In this document: positions 52,101-64,000 of the stretch, one piece after another
Position numbering within the stretch: position 1 is the first letter of the stretch
Layout: each line of letters opens with the position of its first letter
DNA from: Pavona decussata
Taxonomy: Eukaryota
Direction of reading: 5' to 3'
Assembly: GCA_977016875.1 (NCBI GenBank)
Contig: CDRNST010000104.1
Span: forward strand, 4,278,001 to 4,342,000
DNA: 64,000 bases
Translations under genes and position numbers: made by a program
The notes under the pieces: model-generated
Databases searched by the model: none
What the model was told of the DNA's origin: nothing
Seen by the model: only the letters and a program-made list of their open reading frames with translations

Positions 52101-55100
52101 AAAGAAGAAAAAATACTGTACGTAATTAATTACCATTAAGTAGTAACATGTGTCACTTTATTTAAAATACCGAAGTATTTTTGTGCGATTTATGACTATG
52201 CGGGAAAAGCAGATCTTAGCAAGGCCTATTGGAATCCCAAAAGAAAATTGGGGGTAACCAGGCATTTTTCAGAGACAATTAAGCAATAATATTTAAAAAA
52301 AAAAAGCGCCAAAATATAAAGCAATGTATGGGATTTTTTTCCTAATTTGAAGCTAAATTATCTCTGAAAAATGCAAGGTCACCCCCAATTTTCTTTCGAG
52401 ATACCAGAAGCATTTGCTAAGTTTTTCTTTCCCCGTATAGTTTTAAACCGCGCAAAAATATTCCTGTATTAGTAGGCACCACCCATAGGAAACCCAAGTA
52501 TCTCGAGATACGCAGAACGCATGCGCAGCAACAATTGTAGGCACCGTCCTTAACGTACATTCGAATCCTTTCCTTTTACGAAGTGAGGTTAGAGACAGTA
52601 AAATAGTATTGTTTTGTGGTCACCTCGACCACTGAGGAGGTGGGCGCTTAAGCGGGGTCAAATTTACAGGCAAACTGGGGAACAACTTTCGGGACGTTGA
52701 GAAAGCGTTCAGAGATAATAAGGCACCAATCCCGTTATATACTTTGAAGCTTCATTTGCTTGGTTACCTCCGAAAAAAGTGTGGTCAACCACAATTTCTG
52801 AATGTCAATTATAGCCCTTGCTAAGTTGCTAATATACATGTATGCATTTCCCGCACACCACGCAAAATACCTTTGCATTAGAAGGTACAGTCCTTAAAAG
52901 GAAAGTATCACGGGAATTCGGTGTTAAATCAAAAACTCCAAAACGTTTTTCCACCACCAGAAAAGTATTGCTCAAATTTGTTGAAAATTATCACCCCAGT
53001 GTACCAAGACTATCGATGAGCGCCTCTGGCCACAGATGGACTGGGTTAGAATGGGCTACAACTTGAAAAAAAGTTAGACGACTGTTTTCAAGTTTCCGGG
53101 CTTTCGTTTCCAAAATGCACTAAGTGAAGGTGTCGTCGCACCATTTTCACCCAAAAGGTCAAAATCCCCGCGATACTTCCCATTTGAACACTAAGAATGG
53201 TACAGTTCATTACACTGTTCGAACATTTGAACGGGTGGTAAGAGAAACTTTTTGACCTCTGGTAAACGGAAAATTCTCCCCTAAGGTGCTTTTCAGAGGA
53301 AACAGGCCAAGATAATTTATTGCTCAGTAAGCTTCAGCATTTAGTAGGCGTCGCCTGAACCATAGCCTTAAGTTAGAGAATAATGGATAGATAGAAATCA
53401 ACAGCATTACCTTGTCTTTCTGAGTTAACCTTTCTTCTGACTGCTTGAAAGCTTGATCCAGGTCGCCATATTTCTACAATGTTAGGATATCATTTACTTT
53501 ATTCTCAATTATATTGAAAACGTTAAATAATGAGACTGAAAAAAGCATTTTCGATGGAAACCACTATTGTTCACAGAGAACTCAAGTAAAAACTACAAGA
53601 GAACGATCTCCTACCACTGTGCTCACTGGAAGAGAGCAGTGGTAAGAGTGCATGCCTCCCATGTGTCCCGGGTTAGAGTCGTGGATTAGGCATAATACGA
53701 GTGGCTGTGATGGTTTTTCTGATCCACGAAACCTCGCATTTCTCAATGTCAATTCCGGTTCAAATCCAGGGGAGATAGATTAGTTAACCTCTTCGGACAG
53801 TTTAGTGGAATCACAAACTTTGTGTCCTTTCAACCATTTGTATCAATAAAACTGCGGTCACACTTTTCATCACTTAATCTGAAACTCTCTTCCATTTTCT
53901 GTACAATTGCTAAAATTGAATTATTGGATAATTAAATTCTAAAGTTTATACAAGCCCGAAAAGAGCGGCCATTAAATCGTCTTCTGCTCTTTCTTGCAAA
54001 ATGAAATCAACAAGATCTAGCAACATTTCTTGGTTGGTTTCCACAACATAATTATTCCACTCGAGCTTGTTGGATATGATATGATTATAGCCGACGCTAT
54101 CCGCATTGTTGGCTATCTATCACGTCCTATCCAACGCGCCCTCGTGGAGTAATTTATTTTATTGTAACAATATGGTTCGTACCTTTTTGAGCAATTTGTT
54201 TTCCTCTCTAGTTCCCACAATAATCCTGATGTGTTCCTTAATTTTCCTAATCGCCAGCTCTAATTGATTCGCCACCGGCAGATTGGGGTCTGGGATCGAG
54301 CCAGTGGCCTCCTCAAACTTTGCAGCCGCGTCAGCAAGTTGCTCTTGTTGTTTCTCCAGCTTGTCAACCATGCGTTCAAGCTCTACCTCTCTCTGCTCCC
54401 AAAGCAACTGTCGCTCTTCGTGTTCCTTGGACATCTGAACGTTTTCATCTTCTAAATCGGAGATTGTTCGTTCGTGTACTTTCACAATGTTTTCCAGGTA
54501 CTTCAACTGAATCAAAGTAAATGAAATCAATGGATAACACATCATAAAATTTCGCTTTCCCAGATCTGGCTGGTAAGTTTTGTCATGCAAAACGTCAAGA
54601 CGCATTAAAAAAATTAGAAGAGTACAAAATTTCCACACCGGAATATATACAAAGACAATAGAGTTTACTGTTACTAAGTAATGTAAGAGAGTACTTTACC
54701 CCCATAGATTTCATTTGCGTGATAACAAACACGTAGTTAGTAGCCTTAAATTTAACTTCTCTCTAATTTTCGCGAACCCTAAACGACGAAAACCCGTGCA
54801 GAGACAAAAGGCACAACTCATTTGGGTATCTTTTCCCATTTGTACCAAAACAGAATTAACGTGTCGGGTTTACGAGAGAGATCCAGGCCGTTTCTTAAAC
54901 AATCAACAAATTTATTTTTATTAACGTCAGTAACATAGACGTAAACACAGTCGTAGACATAGAAATAGAAGTTGACAGACACACGTCATGTAGCACGGAC
55001 AGTAGACGTAGCTATGGTAACGGCGCGTTCTACAGACTTGACAAATCAAGCCACCAGGCGAACCTCAAGATATATTTGAGGCTGTTTCTTCCAGACCCAT

Positions 55101-57777
55101 CTTGCGATACGTACAGCTTTTAATCTATTCAGCCGCCAGGACCAAACAAACATAAATCAATTTGTTAAACAATCGTGTGTTCTATCATCTACCTCTTCCT
55201 GCAGCCTGCTAATGGCGCGGTTCAGTTTCAAGTCTTGCAGTCTTATTTCTCCCATCTTCGCGTGCCACTCAGTAACTTTAGCAGCTCCTTTACCGTCCTT
55301 TAGTGTGGCCATCAGCTCTTGCAACCCATCATGTTGAAGTTTAAGCTCGGCAAGCTTGTCCTCCGCCGCTTCCCTGTCGCTCTTGGCTTTCTTTAATTCT
55401 CCTTCAAGCTTGCGTTTGTCTTCTTGTAGTGATTGCATGGTATCTGCAAACTTTTCCTGATGGTATTAGAAAGGAAAGTTTCAATGAAGAATTCAAGTTT
55501 AGTTACTTAATCCGTATTCATCATTCTGTTTCCATATATATTACTACTAGTGTTATGGTATAATTTGAACACAAAAAGCCGAAGCGCGTTTCTGTTTCTT
55601 TGTTGCTTTCAAGTGCACTTCACCTACAATAGGCCATTTCTGAGTTACTGTGAACCTCATTATGAAAGCGAGGATAGGTGCCAAGCTTTTCATATGAAAA
55701 TTAGTTTTGTTTACATATGAATGAAAACTAATTACCATGATAAAAACTTTGACTTATGTATACGTGTATGGGTAACAAGTGATGCTCAAAGCAAGCATTA
55801 TAAACAGCCCTTGGGGAATTGAAAGGTCTAAAATTGGCAAAACCATGCCCAATGTTGTTATCAAACAATTCTCCTTCTCCTTCTCAATTCTACTTTCTCT
55901 TCACATGCCTCGCGTTATCCGACGCCCGATATTTATTGCTTCACCCTTTTCATTCGCCAAACAAATTAGAAACTAAAAAAAAATAATGAGCAGTGACCTG
56001 TTTCATTAGCGGCAGGGCGCCACTGTATTGCCTCCGCAGATCCTGGATCGTTCTTTTCAGAAACTTTGCCTTGTTCCTTGCCTCCATCTTGGCATGATAG
56101 AGAGCCTGGTCCTTTTCATCGATCTTCTGTTCCAAACGTAACATATGGGCTTCTTGCTTTGACAGCTTCTGTGTCGCAGCCTCCAGTTTACGCACAGCTG
56201 TACCCTCGCTGACTTGCAGTGCAACAATATGATGATGTAGTTTACCTGAAAATCCCAACGCACTTTTTTAGATATAAGCACTGTTTGCGTTTTTGAGTAA
56301 AACACTGGATGGCGATGAACGATTACAGGGAGCTGTATTCGCTGCCATGTTTTCCTGAATTTTTTTTCTTGATTAAAGGCTCGTCATAACAAAAGTCGCT
56401 ATACCAAAAGGAAGTCTGATAACTTCTCAAGAAAGAAATAGCACTTATTATTTCACATTACTCTCTATTCATTTGCTTCCCTTTAACAACAACGAGGTGA
56501 AATTTGTCTGAGATTGTTTGAGATCCACAACCTAACAGGGGGCGTAGGAGGTCAATTCTTGGCTTATCGGTACCTATCATCCTTTAAAAGGTCTTTATTC
56601 ACACGTTTCAAACGGACGTTAAAACGTTCAAGGTAAAAAACGTACATATATACAATAAAAGTTTAAAAACCTGTCCGTATATTTAAATAATTACAGTTAA
56701 CATCATTAAATAAAATCAGACATTGTAAAGACGTCTATTAACAAAACATATCTTAAACCTTTGCGTATTTACACGTGGGATCTGGCAGGGATGTAATAAT
56801 CGAAGAATATGCATACGTCTAAAAGCCATTTTCTGGCACATTTATATAAAACCCTGCAAGGAGCAAAGTCACTGCAATAAAGGTACCAATGGGAAGGAGG
56901 CAGATAAAATACTAACCAATAATCGTCTTGTCATCACTCTCCATCTGCATGTCATAAAGCTGTTTCCTAAGTGACGTTAGCTCTCTGTCTTGTGACTCCT
57001 GTTGAGCTTTGATTGCTTCTGTCTGGTGTGACGCTACTTCTGCCACTTCCTTCAACCGTGACACTTCTACCTTTAGCTTGGACTCAGACTCCTCTAGGGA
57101 CTGCACACGGCGCGTGACAGCTGCGTGTGTCTCTTGCGTGACAGAGTCTAAAAGGCACAGTAGAAAAAATGATTATCCTTAGTATTTCTTACCTTAGTTG
57201 GAGAGATGCGACGAAAATAAAATGGCAAACTTAGTGGAGCTCCTATCATAAGGTTGGGGAAAGAAAGGAATAACTGTAATTCTTTTCTAAAGTTAAGTAC
57301 CAGAGTACTAAGTCAACACTTACTGGATAGCTCTTCCCGTAGTTGCCGTTCTATTTGTTGTGACTTAAGATTCAGTTTGCTTATCTGTAGTAAAGGAAAG
57401 AGATTAAAATACTCAACCTGTGATATTCAATTTAAAACAACTGCTCTCCAAGTTCTGGTTAGCATTGAGACCAAATCCAGTTTAAACTTTTTTTGTCCAA
57501 TATTCACGACTTTTAACAATAAATCAAAGCAAAAGAAGCTATAACTTCCATTGACCTTTATTCTAAGGTTATTTTAAATAGAGCGTTAAGAAAACCATAC
57601 CTCTGCAAATTTTTGTTCTAACTCAACGTTCCTCTCTTCCAGTTCTTTTATCAGCGACTGTGTCTGGTCATACTTCCGAGTAGCGTGATCTGCCCGCTCT
57701 CGTTCATTCAGCTCCTGTAATTTTTGAGATTTATACTAATTAGAAAGCAAAACAATTGTTTTAAATACTCGCACCTG

Positions 57778-57819
<42 letters not shown>

Positions 57820-60800
57820 TANNNNNNNNNNNNNNNNNNNNNNNNNNNNNNNNNNNNNNNNNNNNNNNNNNNNNNNNNNNNNNNNNNNNNNNNNNNNNNN
57901 NNNNNNNNNNNNNNNNNNNNNNNNNNNNNNNNNNNNNNNNNNNNNNNNNNNNNNNNNNNNNNNAGTGAATTTACCTTCATTTCCAGTGTGGCAAGCTTTC
58001 TTGATATTCTGTCAATCTCCTCCTGACGCACAATGCTGGTATCTCCTCCACCTTCTCCTCCCTCTGAACAAAAATAATAAAGCCACCAGGTGCTAACAGT
58101 AAGGAGATTTCACATGGCACGAAACGATGGCGTTCAAAATTCCCACGTGTCCTGCTAAACACTACATCTTTCTTAATTCATGACCGCGCCTAAAACTCAC
58201 CATCTTTCTTTATCAATTTCTTTCATGTTCTAACTCTCTGTTCTAACGCTCTCTCAAATAAGAAAGGAAGCAGTGAATATACTTATCGAATGACACTTTT
58301 TCGTTTCTCCTCTAAATTTTCTTCTTTTTTGAGCAATCTCTCTTTCCTTTTTATTTGTTTGTATTTGTCTTACAATGTACCATTGCAAAGTTCTTGCTAT
58401 AAAATGGGACTTAAAAACTCTCCTTATGGCTTTTATTTGGCATTCACAGATTTCCGTGCAGTGATTGCTTAGTCTGATAATAAACAGGGTATTTTCACTT
58501 CACAGCTCAGTTCAAGAGTAATTCTTACCCAAAACAAACGAACAAGTAAATTAAGACACCATTACCTTTTGACAAGAGTTCATTCAACATCTGCTCCAAG
58601 CTGTGATTTCGTTCTTTGAGTGACGTCATCTCTTTCTTCAGCTCAGCTTCTGTTTCTTCCAACGCCTTCTTATCAGCCTGGAGGAAATTGTTACTGGGAT
58701 TCAATATGAAAACTACTAGACTAGTGACACAATCAAATTGGCATTCGGTAATACTCAAGTTGCGAGGAATGAATTTCACCTCGCAGTTCTTTCTAGTCAT
58801 TATCTATCTATATCTTCTATACTTCATCGTGTTTGTCATCTTGGGGGACCCCATAATTGGAGAACTTTCCCTGTGACAAGGCCCTACCAATTGTCTGATG
58901 ATTTGTTCCAGTTTTTGTTTGTTTGTTTGTTTGCTTATTTTACTTGGGATCACTATTTATAATTGTCATGGCGAATCTTGTAAATAAATAAAAATTAATG
59001 GCATATATAAATGTATTAAATATGCTAAAGGCAATCCTTGTAGCTGGCTTCAAGGGTGGTATAACATATCAGAGCAAGTCACGATTTACTTTTGTTTGAA
59101 GTTTAAGTGGCTCAGGAAGTGGAAAAAAAGATTTTTGATAAGTGAATGCGAATTACTTTCAATAATCTACAGAGAACTGCCCTATTTCAAAATTGTATAG
59201 TCTAAAAACCGGACAGCCAGCAAACACATTGAACTACGTGATAAGCCCACCACGAAAAGGGCATTTGTATTAACTTCTGGAAAAGCCTAGTTTAAGTGGA
59301 ATGGCCTGCGCATTGTTCCATCTCAGTGAGCTGTTTTATCAGGACAGTGCAAACAGAGAGATTAATTGAGGCAAATCACACCTCTAAATTGTCAACTATG
59401 GCTGAACGTGCCACCAGGTTATTCTCTCTTTGTATAATGTCCCTGTACTTGGCTGTGAGTTCATTGTACTGTTTGTTAGCTGCTTCAAGTTCTGATGCTG
59501 GAATACTTTCATCCAATGCCTGCTGTAATACGCTCATTTTGTATGTTGACATTTCCTGGTAAGATAAAAATGAAAACGGCAATGAATTGGCATTATGACA
59601 AAGTTACTGGATACAGCAGACAAAAGAGCAGTTTTCCTTGAAGAAAGTGGTACTGGGTTCCGTCATGATGAATAGTAATCACGTGATTCCCAAGGCTAGG
59701 CTACATTTTATCACACAGCTAAACTAAGGAGCTTCGTCAAACTCCGACTTGAAAGATTAATTTGGTTCTGGATTAGGTATCCATTCATTTCTGCATTCAG
59801 TTTCTTTATTGTGTGTGACCTAGCCAAAGCTTTCACATTTTCTCATTTATTACTGAGTAAAAATTCCTGTTTAATGGTATTCAGAACAGACACTTTTTGT
59901 TTTGCCAGTAAAAAAAAAGTACTTATTCAACTGAACGGACTAAAACCTCCCGTGATGAGGTAGGATGTCGCTATAAATTAAGTTCTCTAACTTGACGTAA
60001 GGTAAAAATGAAAGGAAATTCATAACAATAAAAATCTTTATAACTTGTTCCCCTGATAACTTGAACTGAGAGAACGTTATTCCTGCTTCATTAGTTTATA
60101 AAAAATGAGCCGCTCAACCTCGATTAAGTTGACTTTTCATCAACTCAAAAAGTTTTGTCTTTCCTCGACATGGCATAAGTTGATAATAGACAAGTTTACA
60201 GATAGGTCGTCCCGTGACCTACGCTTCACTAAATTATGAAACATAATGAATCAGAAATAGAAAGGGCACTACAAAATAAAATAAAATAAAAACGATTTTG
60301 AAGTTTGCCATATTAAAAGCGGGTTTTAATGATTTTATATTATTATTTTATGGTTTTATATTATTGAATAATTTTAAAAATTTGTATCCAAGAATAATAG
60401 ACTAATGTAAAGAACAGATATCCCAAAAGATACGGAAGATAAAATGGAAATTGACCTATGCACAACATACCGATCACAATAAAAAGTTAAGTTAAACTAA
60501 TAAATATTTCATACTTTGTGCCTCTGCAAGTAACCTAATCTTTCAGTAATGGCTGTCTCCATAGCAACCACGTCATTCCTGTATTTCTTGTTTTCTTTCC
60601 TGAGAGCAGCCTCCACTTCCTGCATAGCAGTGTATCTCCGCGAGAGCGACTTCTCATTCACTCTCAGAACTGTTATTTTTCTCGTCATCTCACCAAGTCT
60701 CTTCGTCTGTTTGTCCCCATCTTTATCAAGAGTATCGAGTAACCTCTGGAGAAGAAAGTAAACAATATTAATTTTCTGTATGTATCGTCACTGTAAAACA

Positions 60801-63800
60801 TAAAGGCAAATAGAAAGTGTGAACTCCGCATCTTACCAAAATACCAAAATCTATGGATTTTATTCTAAAACCTGGACTACTGATTCCAAACAGCTGTCTT
60901 TAGGACATACATTACTTTACTTCATTGATATCAACGATCAGGGAAATTTTCAAGGGAGTAATTTTCTTTGATTCTGGGATTAAGCATTCTAAAATTTGTA
61001 ATGTTGTGAATCGACATCTTTCTTGAATGTCAAAAATGCACATTTTTCTTTTCCTTAATTCAGGTATGATACTAACTTGGTCATCAATAACTAAAAGGTT
61101 AAAAATTTGCACAAATTCTTTACTTCTCCATATTGTATGCCTTTAAAGAGTAATCAGTGTGGAAACTGTAATTTGCTGTTGTGTGACTTTTCCGATACTG
61201 GTTCGCAAGTTCTGTTTGCAATTTCTATAGCTCCATTTTACAGACGTGTAGCACAAGTGTTTCATTTACGATTCATCGCTTTTCTAACACGTCATAACTG
61301 CGGCGCCTAATACTTGTGAATATGGTTGTAAATATACTTAATACTTGTGAACATTACCTCCCCCCCACCTCCCCACTCCAAAACAAATAAAAAATATTTA
61401 ATGACAACTGGAATATTAAAAGTGACTTGAAACTCCTTAAGATCACCAAAGTTATAAGAATTTATGTCTAGCATGAAAAAAAAAACCACAAAAGAAGAAT
61501 TATGTTAGTAATACCTCAAACTCTAAAAGCCTGATTTTATCATGTTCCCTGGCCAACTCTGTTGAAGCCTTTTCTTCTTCGATCGCTCTTTTCTCTTCTT
61601 CCCATTTCTCTTTTTCTTTCACGTAGTCAGCATAAAGAAGACCCTGTAGGCAACAACGTGCAGTTATAAACAAGAGTTGAAATTTTGAGCATGGGAATAA
61701 AGGCTCTGTCTGCTCACCCAGTTGATTTTTCTTCCTGGCTACTACATTTTTTTCATACATTGTCTGGACTGGATTGTACACCCTCCTCGAATTTTGACAA
61801 ATGATGACAAGCGCTGCCAATAGTATCCTGTACAACATGCTTCAGGCCTCTAAATTACTTTGTTTTGTAATGTACCAAGATGGAGGAACTCTCCGTGGCT
61901 ATGGGGGATGATGTCGAAGTGTGTTAGTCAGATAGCCAAGTAGTTTCAGCAAGGTAGAGGCACCTGGCTGACATATCTTGCAGTTATGAGCATTGTGACT
62001 CAAAAACATCTTTCGACGGTAGAAATGACGTTCTCCTGTACTGGGTAAAGGAAACAGGGTATAGGCCGAACATAAACCCTAGAGTTTCTTGAACAATCAA
62101 CATAAATGTCTAACATAATAGGAGAAAAAATTGAAAAGGTGTAGTTACCTTTTGGTGAAGAATGACCGAGAACTTCCGTTTGAACAAGTCAAGGTCCTTT
62201 TCCATCTTCTCCAGCAATTGTTCCTTCAGCGATAATTCCTTTAAAATGGAAGGGATGAAAGTTTTAATGACCTAGGCATAACAATAGTTCTGGACGTGGA
62301 GCGAGAGGGGAATGCGGCTCTTTACATCAGAACTTATGCCACATCGAGTATCAAAGGTTTAGCCGTCATAATGCTACAATTGCAACAGTCAATGGTCAAA
62401 TCGAGAATTTTTTCTACCGTTGATGGAGGATTAAATGAGAGACAATTCCTGCATCAGAGATGTTTTAACCCTGTTTTCCACTTGGAACATAAGCAGAAGC
62501 AGAAGAATAGGAGAGCACCAGCTCAATACAAGCTAAAGGACAATCATATGCTACTTTTCCTGTATTTAAACAATGCTTATGTCGCCGCCTCTTCCTAGTA
62601 GTAGATCGTTTCTCTTCTCTTTCTTAATGGTATAAGTCTATATTCGCACAGGTGCTGTTCTGGAAAAAACATTATGTTATGCTCATGCTCTCTCTTCAGT
62701 AAAACCATCAAAAGTGAAAGAACCGCCTTTCCTGGCTCCATCTGAGTCATTGGGCGCAGGCTTTTGGGGATAGGGGTGGGGTTTAAGGGGGAGAACGACA
62801 GTTAACAAAAATGAAAACAACAATTTTCTGTTTTCTAACCTGAAGGACTTGTATGAGATGCTCATTGAGGCTTGCTATGATCTCTGTTGATGAAGGTGTC
62901 ATTCCTTGTGGCAGGGGCATAGGTTGAAGCCTTATTGCTCCCTCACCTACCGTTCAAAAAGCAAATAAAATTTTCCTTCTTGCAATTCTGTTTTCTTAAA
63001 TACTACAACAAAACAAGAGAGATTGATTGCAAAAAAAGTCTATGCTAACATACAGTGTTAATCAGTACCACAGGTCTTACCGATTTCTTTCAAGACTTGT
63101 ACTTGTTTTTCAAGATCCTCAATCTTTTGAAAGGCAAATAAAAACGATTAGACAAGGTAATGCCTTAAAAACAATTGCACATAGGTTGATTTCCTCCAAG
63201 TTTCACAAGGATCACTGTACCTTGGTGTTTTTCCTCTCAACTTGCATAATAGCTTTTGCTGTCTCTTCTCTGGCATTATGCAGCTCATGACGTAGTTCCT
63301 CGTTTCTACCACTCAACTGTTCAATCTATAAAAGAATTACATTTCGAGCATTTTGAATTTCACTTGTGACATCTTTAGAAGACTCCATTGTCGTCTATCG
63401 CTACACCAGTAATTCGTGTTTTCAATTAAATGGAAACTCTTGGTGGAGGCACTTTTGAAGATTAAGGAACCGTTAAGATACTCTTACAAGGGAACGGTTA
63501 GTTCTGTTTCCGTTCTTTGAATGTTGTTCGTTTTCTATCACTGAGTAATAAAACAAAGGTTTTTATCATGTGATATTTTAATTCACTTACTCAATTAGTC
63601 CTCACACTAATTACTCCTATTCCATCACATTCCCACAACCCCACCCTCACGATGAAAGTCCTTATGTAGATAACTCTTCCATTTGTTTGTCCTTCCGTTC
63701 ACTACATTATCATTTGTACGTGTATTCATACCTGAGCTTTTAATTGAAGCGTAGTGTCATACTGGCCAACTGCATTTCTGGATTCAATCATCTAGAGAGA

Positions 63801-63941
63801 ACGAAGAAGAAAGAAAATATGTCAACCGAAAATATCTGAAATACGTTTGGAGAAAAAAAAAATAAAAATATAAATTATATAAACTCACAGCCATCAGCTT
63901 TTCCAAGGCTGGGACCTGAACGAGTTTGTTTCCTCCTGCAT
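19137..63941 (-). CDS. CEP290: Centrosomal protein of 290 kDa (CEP290/NPHP6) orthologue, 3' portion (46 exons in window, 5' end outside window)
   Basis: Hand-spliced GT-AG exons, phase-consistent throughout (5'->3'): 63889-63941, 63732-63791, 63221-63325, 63081-63123, 62840-62946, 62149-62238, 61515-61643, 60515-60745, 59382-59555, 58566-58677, 57975-58063, 57601-57714, 57324-57384, 56917-57147, 55998-56245, 55193-55456, 54183-54506, 53411-53473, 51945-52091, 51476-51541, 50731-50838, 49585-49629, 48352-48506, 48053-48140, 47168-47293, 46818-46883, 46024-46095, 45493-45600, 45045-45161, 44457-44612, 42157-42350, 41370-41460, 40910-41041, 40155-40244, 39222-39281, 38871-38954, 38351-38524, 37290-37415, 36571-36654, 34827-34949, 34018-34110, 33658-33731, 31941-32040, 31757-31824, 31395-31452, 19137-19301. 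Coiled-coil protein with segments I recognise from vertebrate CEP290: ANKQYNELTAKYRDI, LRRQYSGALPL, KFEEATGSIPDPNLP, INELRLRLP, LVERLRNQLALKEKQQK, FDPAFFEEIEDLKYNY. Confidence 0.96.
21116..21523 (-). CDS. Nested intronless orphan gene, copy A (135 aa, twin VLKAY motif)
   Basis: ATG in ttgaagATG context; MDVTDNSREH...QYDNDVLKAYSIDP...EYELTVLKAYGILPAQLFF-TAA. Four paralogues lie nearby, and substitutions against copy E are mostly synonymous in the motif. Confidence 0.72.
   Translation of the reverse strand: MDVTDNSREHYPNILSGNDSHNPERSENNFVRAAAKYEYAMEQRSQNSFQQYDNDVLKAYSIDPVATKERNGFVLCKEEDGGRNSSSMTKNFQNLLAMEHPLVSCSVTTEQLELTTEYELTVLKAYGILPAQLFF
23372..23776 (-). CDS. Nested intronless orphan gene, copy B (134 aa)
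   Basis: Homologous ATG (ttgaagATG); MDVTDYSRDR...QYEHDVLKAYSVDP...QYELTVLRAYGILPAQLF-TGA. The ORF-track extension to 23899 starts at TTG and is closed in copies A and D. Confidence 0.72.
   Translation of the reverse strand: MDVTDYSRDRHANILSRKGSHNTKVNKNNLVSTNAKYEYAMEQRSQNSFQQYEHDVLKAYSVDPVATKERNGFVLCKEQDGGRNDKSMPKNFQNLLAIEHPLASCPLATDQLELRTQYELTVLRAYGILPAQLF
24909..25408 (-). pseudogene. Nested orphan gene, copy C (frameshifted)
   Basis: The homologous ATG at 25408 is followed by a 1-nt deletion near 25307 (ttgcttagtgc vs ttgcattagtgc in B), which gives a stop after 56 codons. The internal Met codon is GTG, the motif-1 Tyr is Asn, and the A-run at the stop is one base shorter than in copy A, so the downstream frame reads through to 24909. 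Confidence 0.65.
26629..27033 (-). CDS. Nested intronless orphan gene, copy D (134 aa)
   Basis: ttgaagATG; MDVTDYSRER...QYENDVLKAYSIDP...EYELTVLKAYGILPAQLF-TGA; intact. Confidence 0.72.
   Translation of the reverse strand: MDVTDYSRERHANILSRKSSHNSKLSKTNFVRTAAKYEYAMEQRSQNSFQQYENDVLKAYSIDPVATKERNGFVLCKEEDGGRNNNSVTKNFQDLLAIEHPLVSCSVTTKQLELTTEYELTVLKAYGILPAQLF
27542..27591. mobile_element. 50-bp mini-MITE with 17-bp TIR CAACCTCGTTCCCAGGG and 9-bp TSD
   Basis: Flanked by tcgaccagg at 27533-27541 and 27592-27600. The paralogous site near 24217 has a single tcgaccagc (empty site). Confidence 0.88.
28106..28176 (+). pseudogene. tRNA-like (Thr-AGT-like) sequence inside a tRNA-derived repeat; inverted partner segments at 27844-28030
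   Basis: A-box tagctcagtggtaga, stem tccga/tcgga around gctagtaa and B-box ggttcgactcc. The 8-nt anticodon loop and imperfect acceptor stem argue against a functional tRNA. Confidence 0.6.
29632..30060 (-). CDS. Nested intronless orphan gene, diverged copy E (142 aa from homologous ATG; ORF open to 30213)
   Basis: Same ttgaagATG context; MKSASHSW...QYEDTVLKAYGIVP...RYEHTVLKAYGILPAQAY... It is collinear with A-D and has the same 66-residue motif spacing, while its flanks do not visibly align with theirs. Confidence 0.7.
   Translation of the reverse strand: MKSASHSWQCRDASLLSLNETRVPERNKNNSMNKEAKEESTMKKPFRNSRKQYEDTVLKAYGIVPVAREKRNNFVLSGKESGRCKPCPSTGKLQNMLEAERRSESCCSATQELQLRTRYEHTVLKAYGILPAQAYLSNFQCR
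30340..30655. repeat. 160-bp tandem duplication upstream of copy E (older partial third copy ~30211-30310)
   Basis: ttcaaacacggtataaaatt...catttcataacgtaaat at 30340 and 30500, nearly identical. Confidence 0.9.
32898..33287. mobile_element. Non-autonomous DNA transposon with TTAA TSD (Kolobok-like); 5'-truncated second copy 52166-52549
   Basis: ttaa-cgacggtgcctac ... gtaggcaccgtcc-ttaa; the ~385-bp body is repeated in another CEP290 intron. Confidence 0.75.
35325..35755 (+). mobile_element. 5'-truncated LINE 3' end (CR1/L2 group)
   Basis: IFPSLCYEDALKKSGL..LCQRREDAC...PYALR...RTNRF..F resembles an ORF2 C-terminus; it is followed by aataaa and a (tat)n tail. Confidence 0.7.
36037..36285 (+). 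mobile_element. Penelope-like element 3' fragment (GIY-YIG C-terminus plus hammerhead motif)
   Basis: IHIQREQPSLNQQLHHVNQKLSL-TAA at 36037-36108, then CTGAAGA-t-gacaga-agtc-tctgtc-GAAA-catg-TT at 36218-36251. Confidence 0.75.
36301..36429. mobile_element. Penelope-derived palindrome with hammerhead-like core
   Basis: ~60-bp inverted arms; CTGACGA-agggcaaacgctc-GAAA-cg-TC at 36368-36395. Confidence 0.7.
42520..43178. mobile_element. Internally deleted PIF/Harbinger DNA transposon
   Basis: TIR agcctggttcac/gtgaaccaggct, TAA TSD at 42517-42519 and 43179-43181, and subterminal (gacataac)n repeats. The minus strand carries a MADF-like remnant, EEELAEAIRTYPILYDKR. Confidence 0.85.
49296..49443. 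mobile_element. Palindromic MITE
   Basis: ggccccggttgttca...tggataa..tatcca...tgaacaaccaggggcc. Confidence 0.8.
49827..49961. other. Assembly gap (N run) within a CEP290 intron
   Basis: N bases; the flanking exons join in phase. Confidence 0.99.
50312..50726 (-). mobile_element. 5'-truncated, decayed L2-type LINE
   Basis: Minus-strand remnants VEFKILLYT, PVYLQELL, RSLRS, GFRAFS, LWNALP and FKEGLKTFL, followed by AATAAA (50332-50337) and a (tta)n tail. Confidence 0.8.
52898..53185. mobile_element. Probable non-autonomous TIR element after TTAA
   Basis: aaggaaagtatcacgggaatt ... aaatccccgcgatacttcccatt imperfect inverted termini. Confidence 0.45.
57822..57963. other. Assembly gap (N run) next to a (gatt)n microsatellite within a CEP290 intron
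   Basis: N bases; the flanking exons join in phase (..TLEMK|ELNERERA..). Confidence 0.99.
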
Positions 63942-64000
63942 CTAAAAAGTAACAAAGTTTACTACTCGGCATGCAACAACAACGAATAGGGACTGTAAGA

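Noticed and set aside
57191-57194. AG|GTAAG (recursive-splice-like) site in a CEP290 intron
   Set aside because: The intron is only 176 nt and the remaining piece would be 45 nt, too short to be credible.
49827-57963. Possible CEP290 exons hidden in the two N gaps
   Set aside because: Flanking exons join in phase and the protein is continuous with the recalled CEP290 sequence.

Overview
Eukaryotic, AT-rich, intron-rich animal DNA. The repeat content (small palindromic MITEs, Penelope 3' ends, tRNA-derived repeats) resembles a stony coral or other cnidarian; this is inference. Most of the window (19137-63941, minus strand) is the 3' ~1,820 codons of a CEP290 orthologue. I traced 46 GT-AG exons in consistent phase; the 5' part lies beyond the window end. 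The last CEP290 intron (19302-31394, 12.1 kb) is about six times longer than any other intron here. It contains, on the same strand as CEP290, five copies of an intronless ~135-142 aa ORF I cannot assign to a known family: three intact recent copies, one frameshifted recent copy and one old diverged intact copy. Each copy carries the motif Y[DE]xxVL[KR]AY[GS]IxP twice, and codon comparison shows purifying selection. This nested array is the best candidate for an undescribed system. Positions 1-18 kb hold no convincing protein gene: a ~311-bp satellite, small duplications, MITEs, a degenerate tRNA-like array and a possible spliced non-coding transcript. CEP290 introns hold Harbinger, Kolobok-like, L2/CR1-like and Penelope fragments, some with hammerhead-ribozyme cores.
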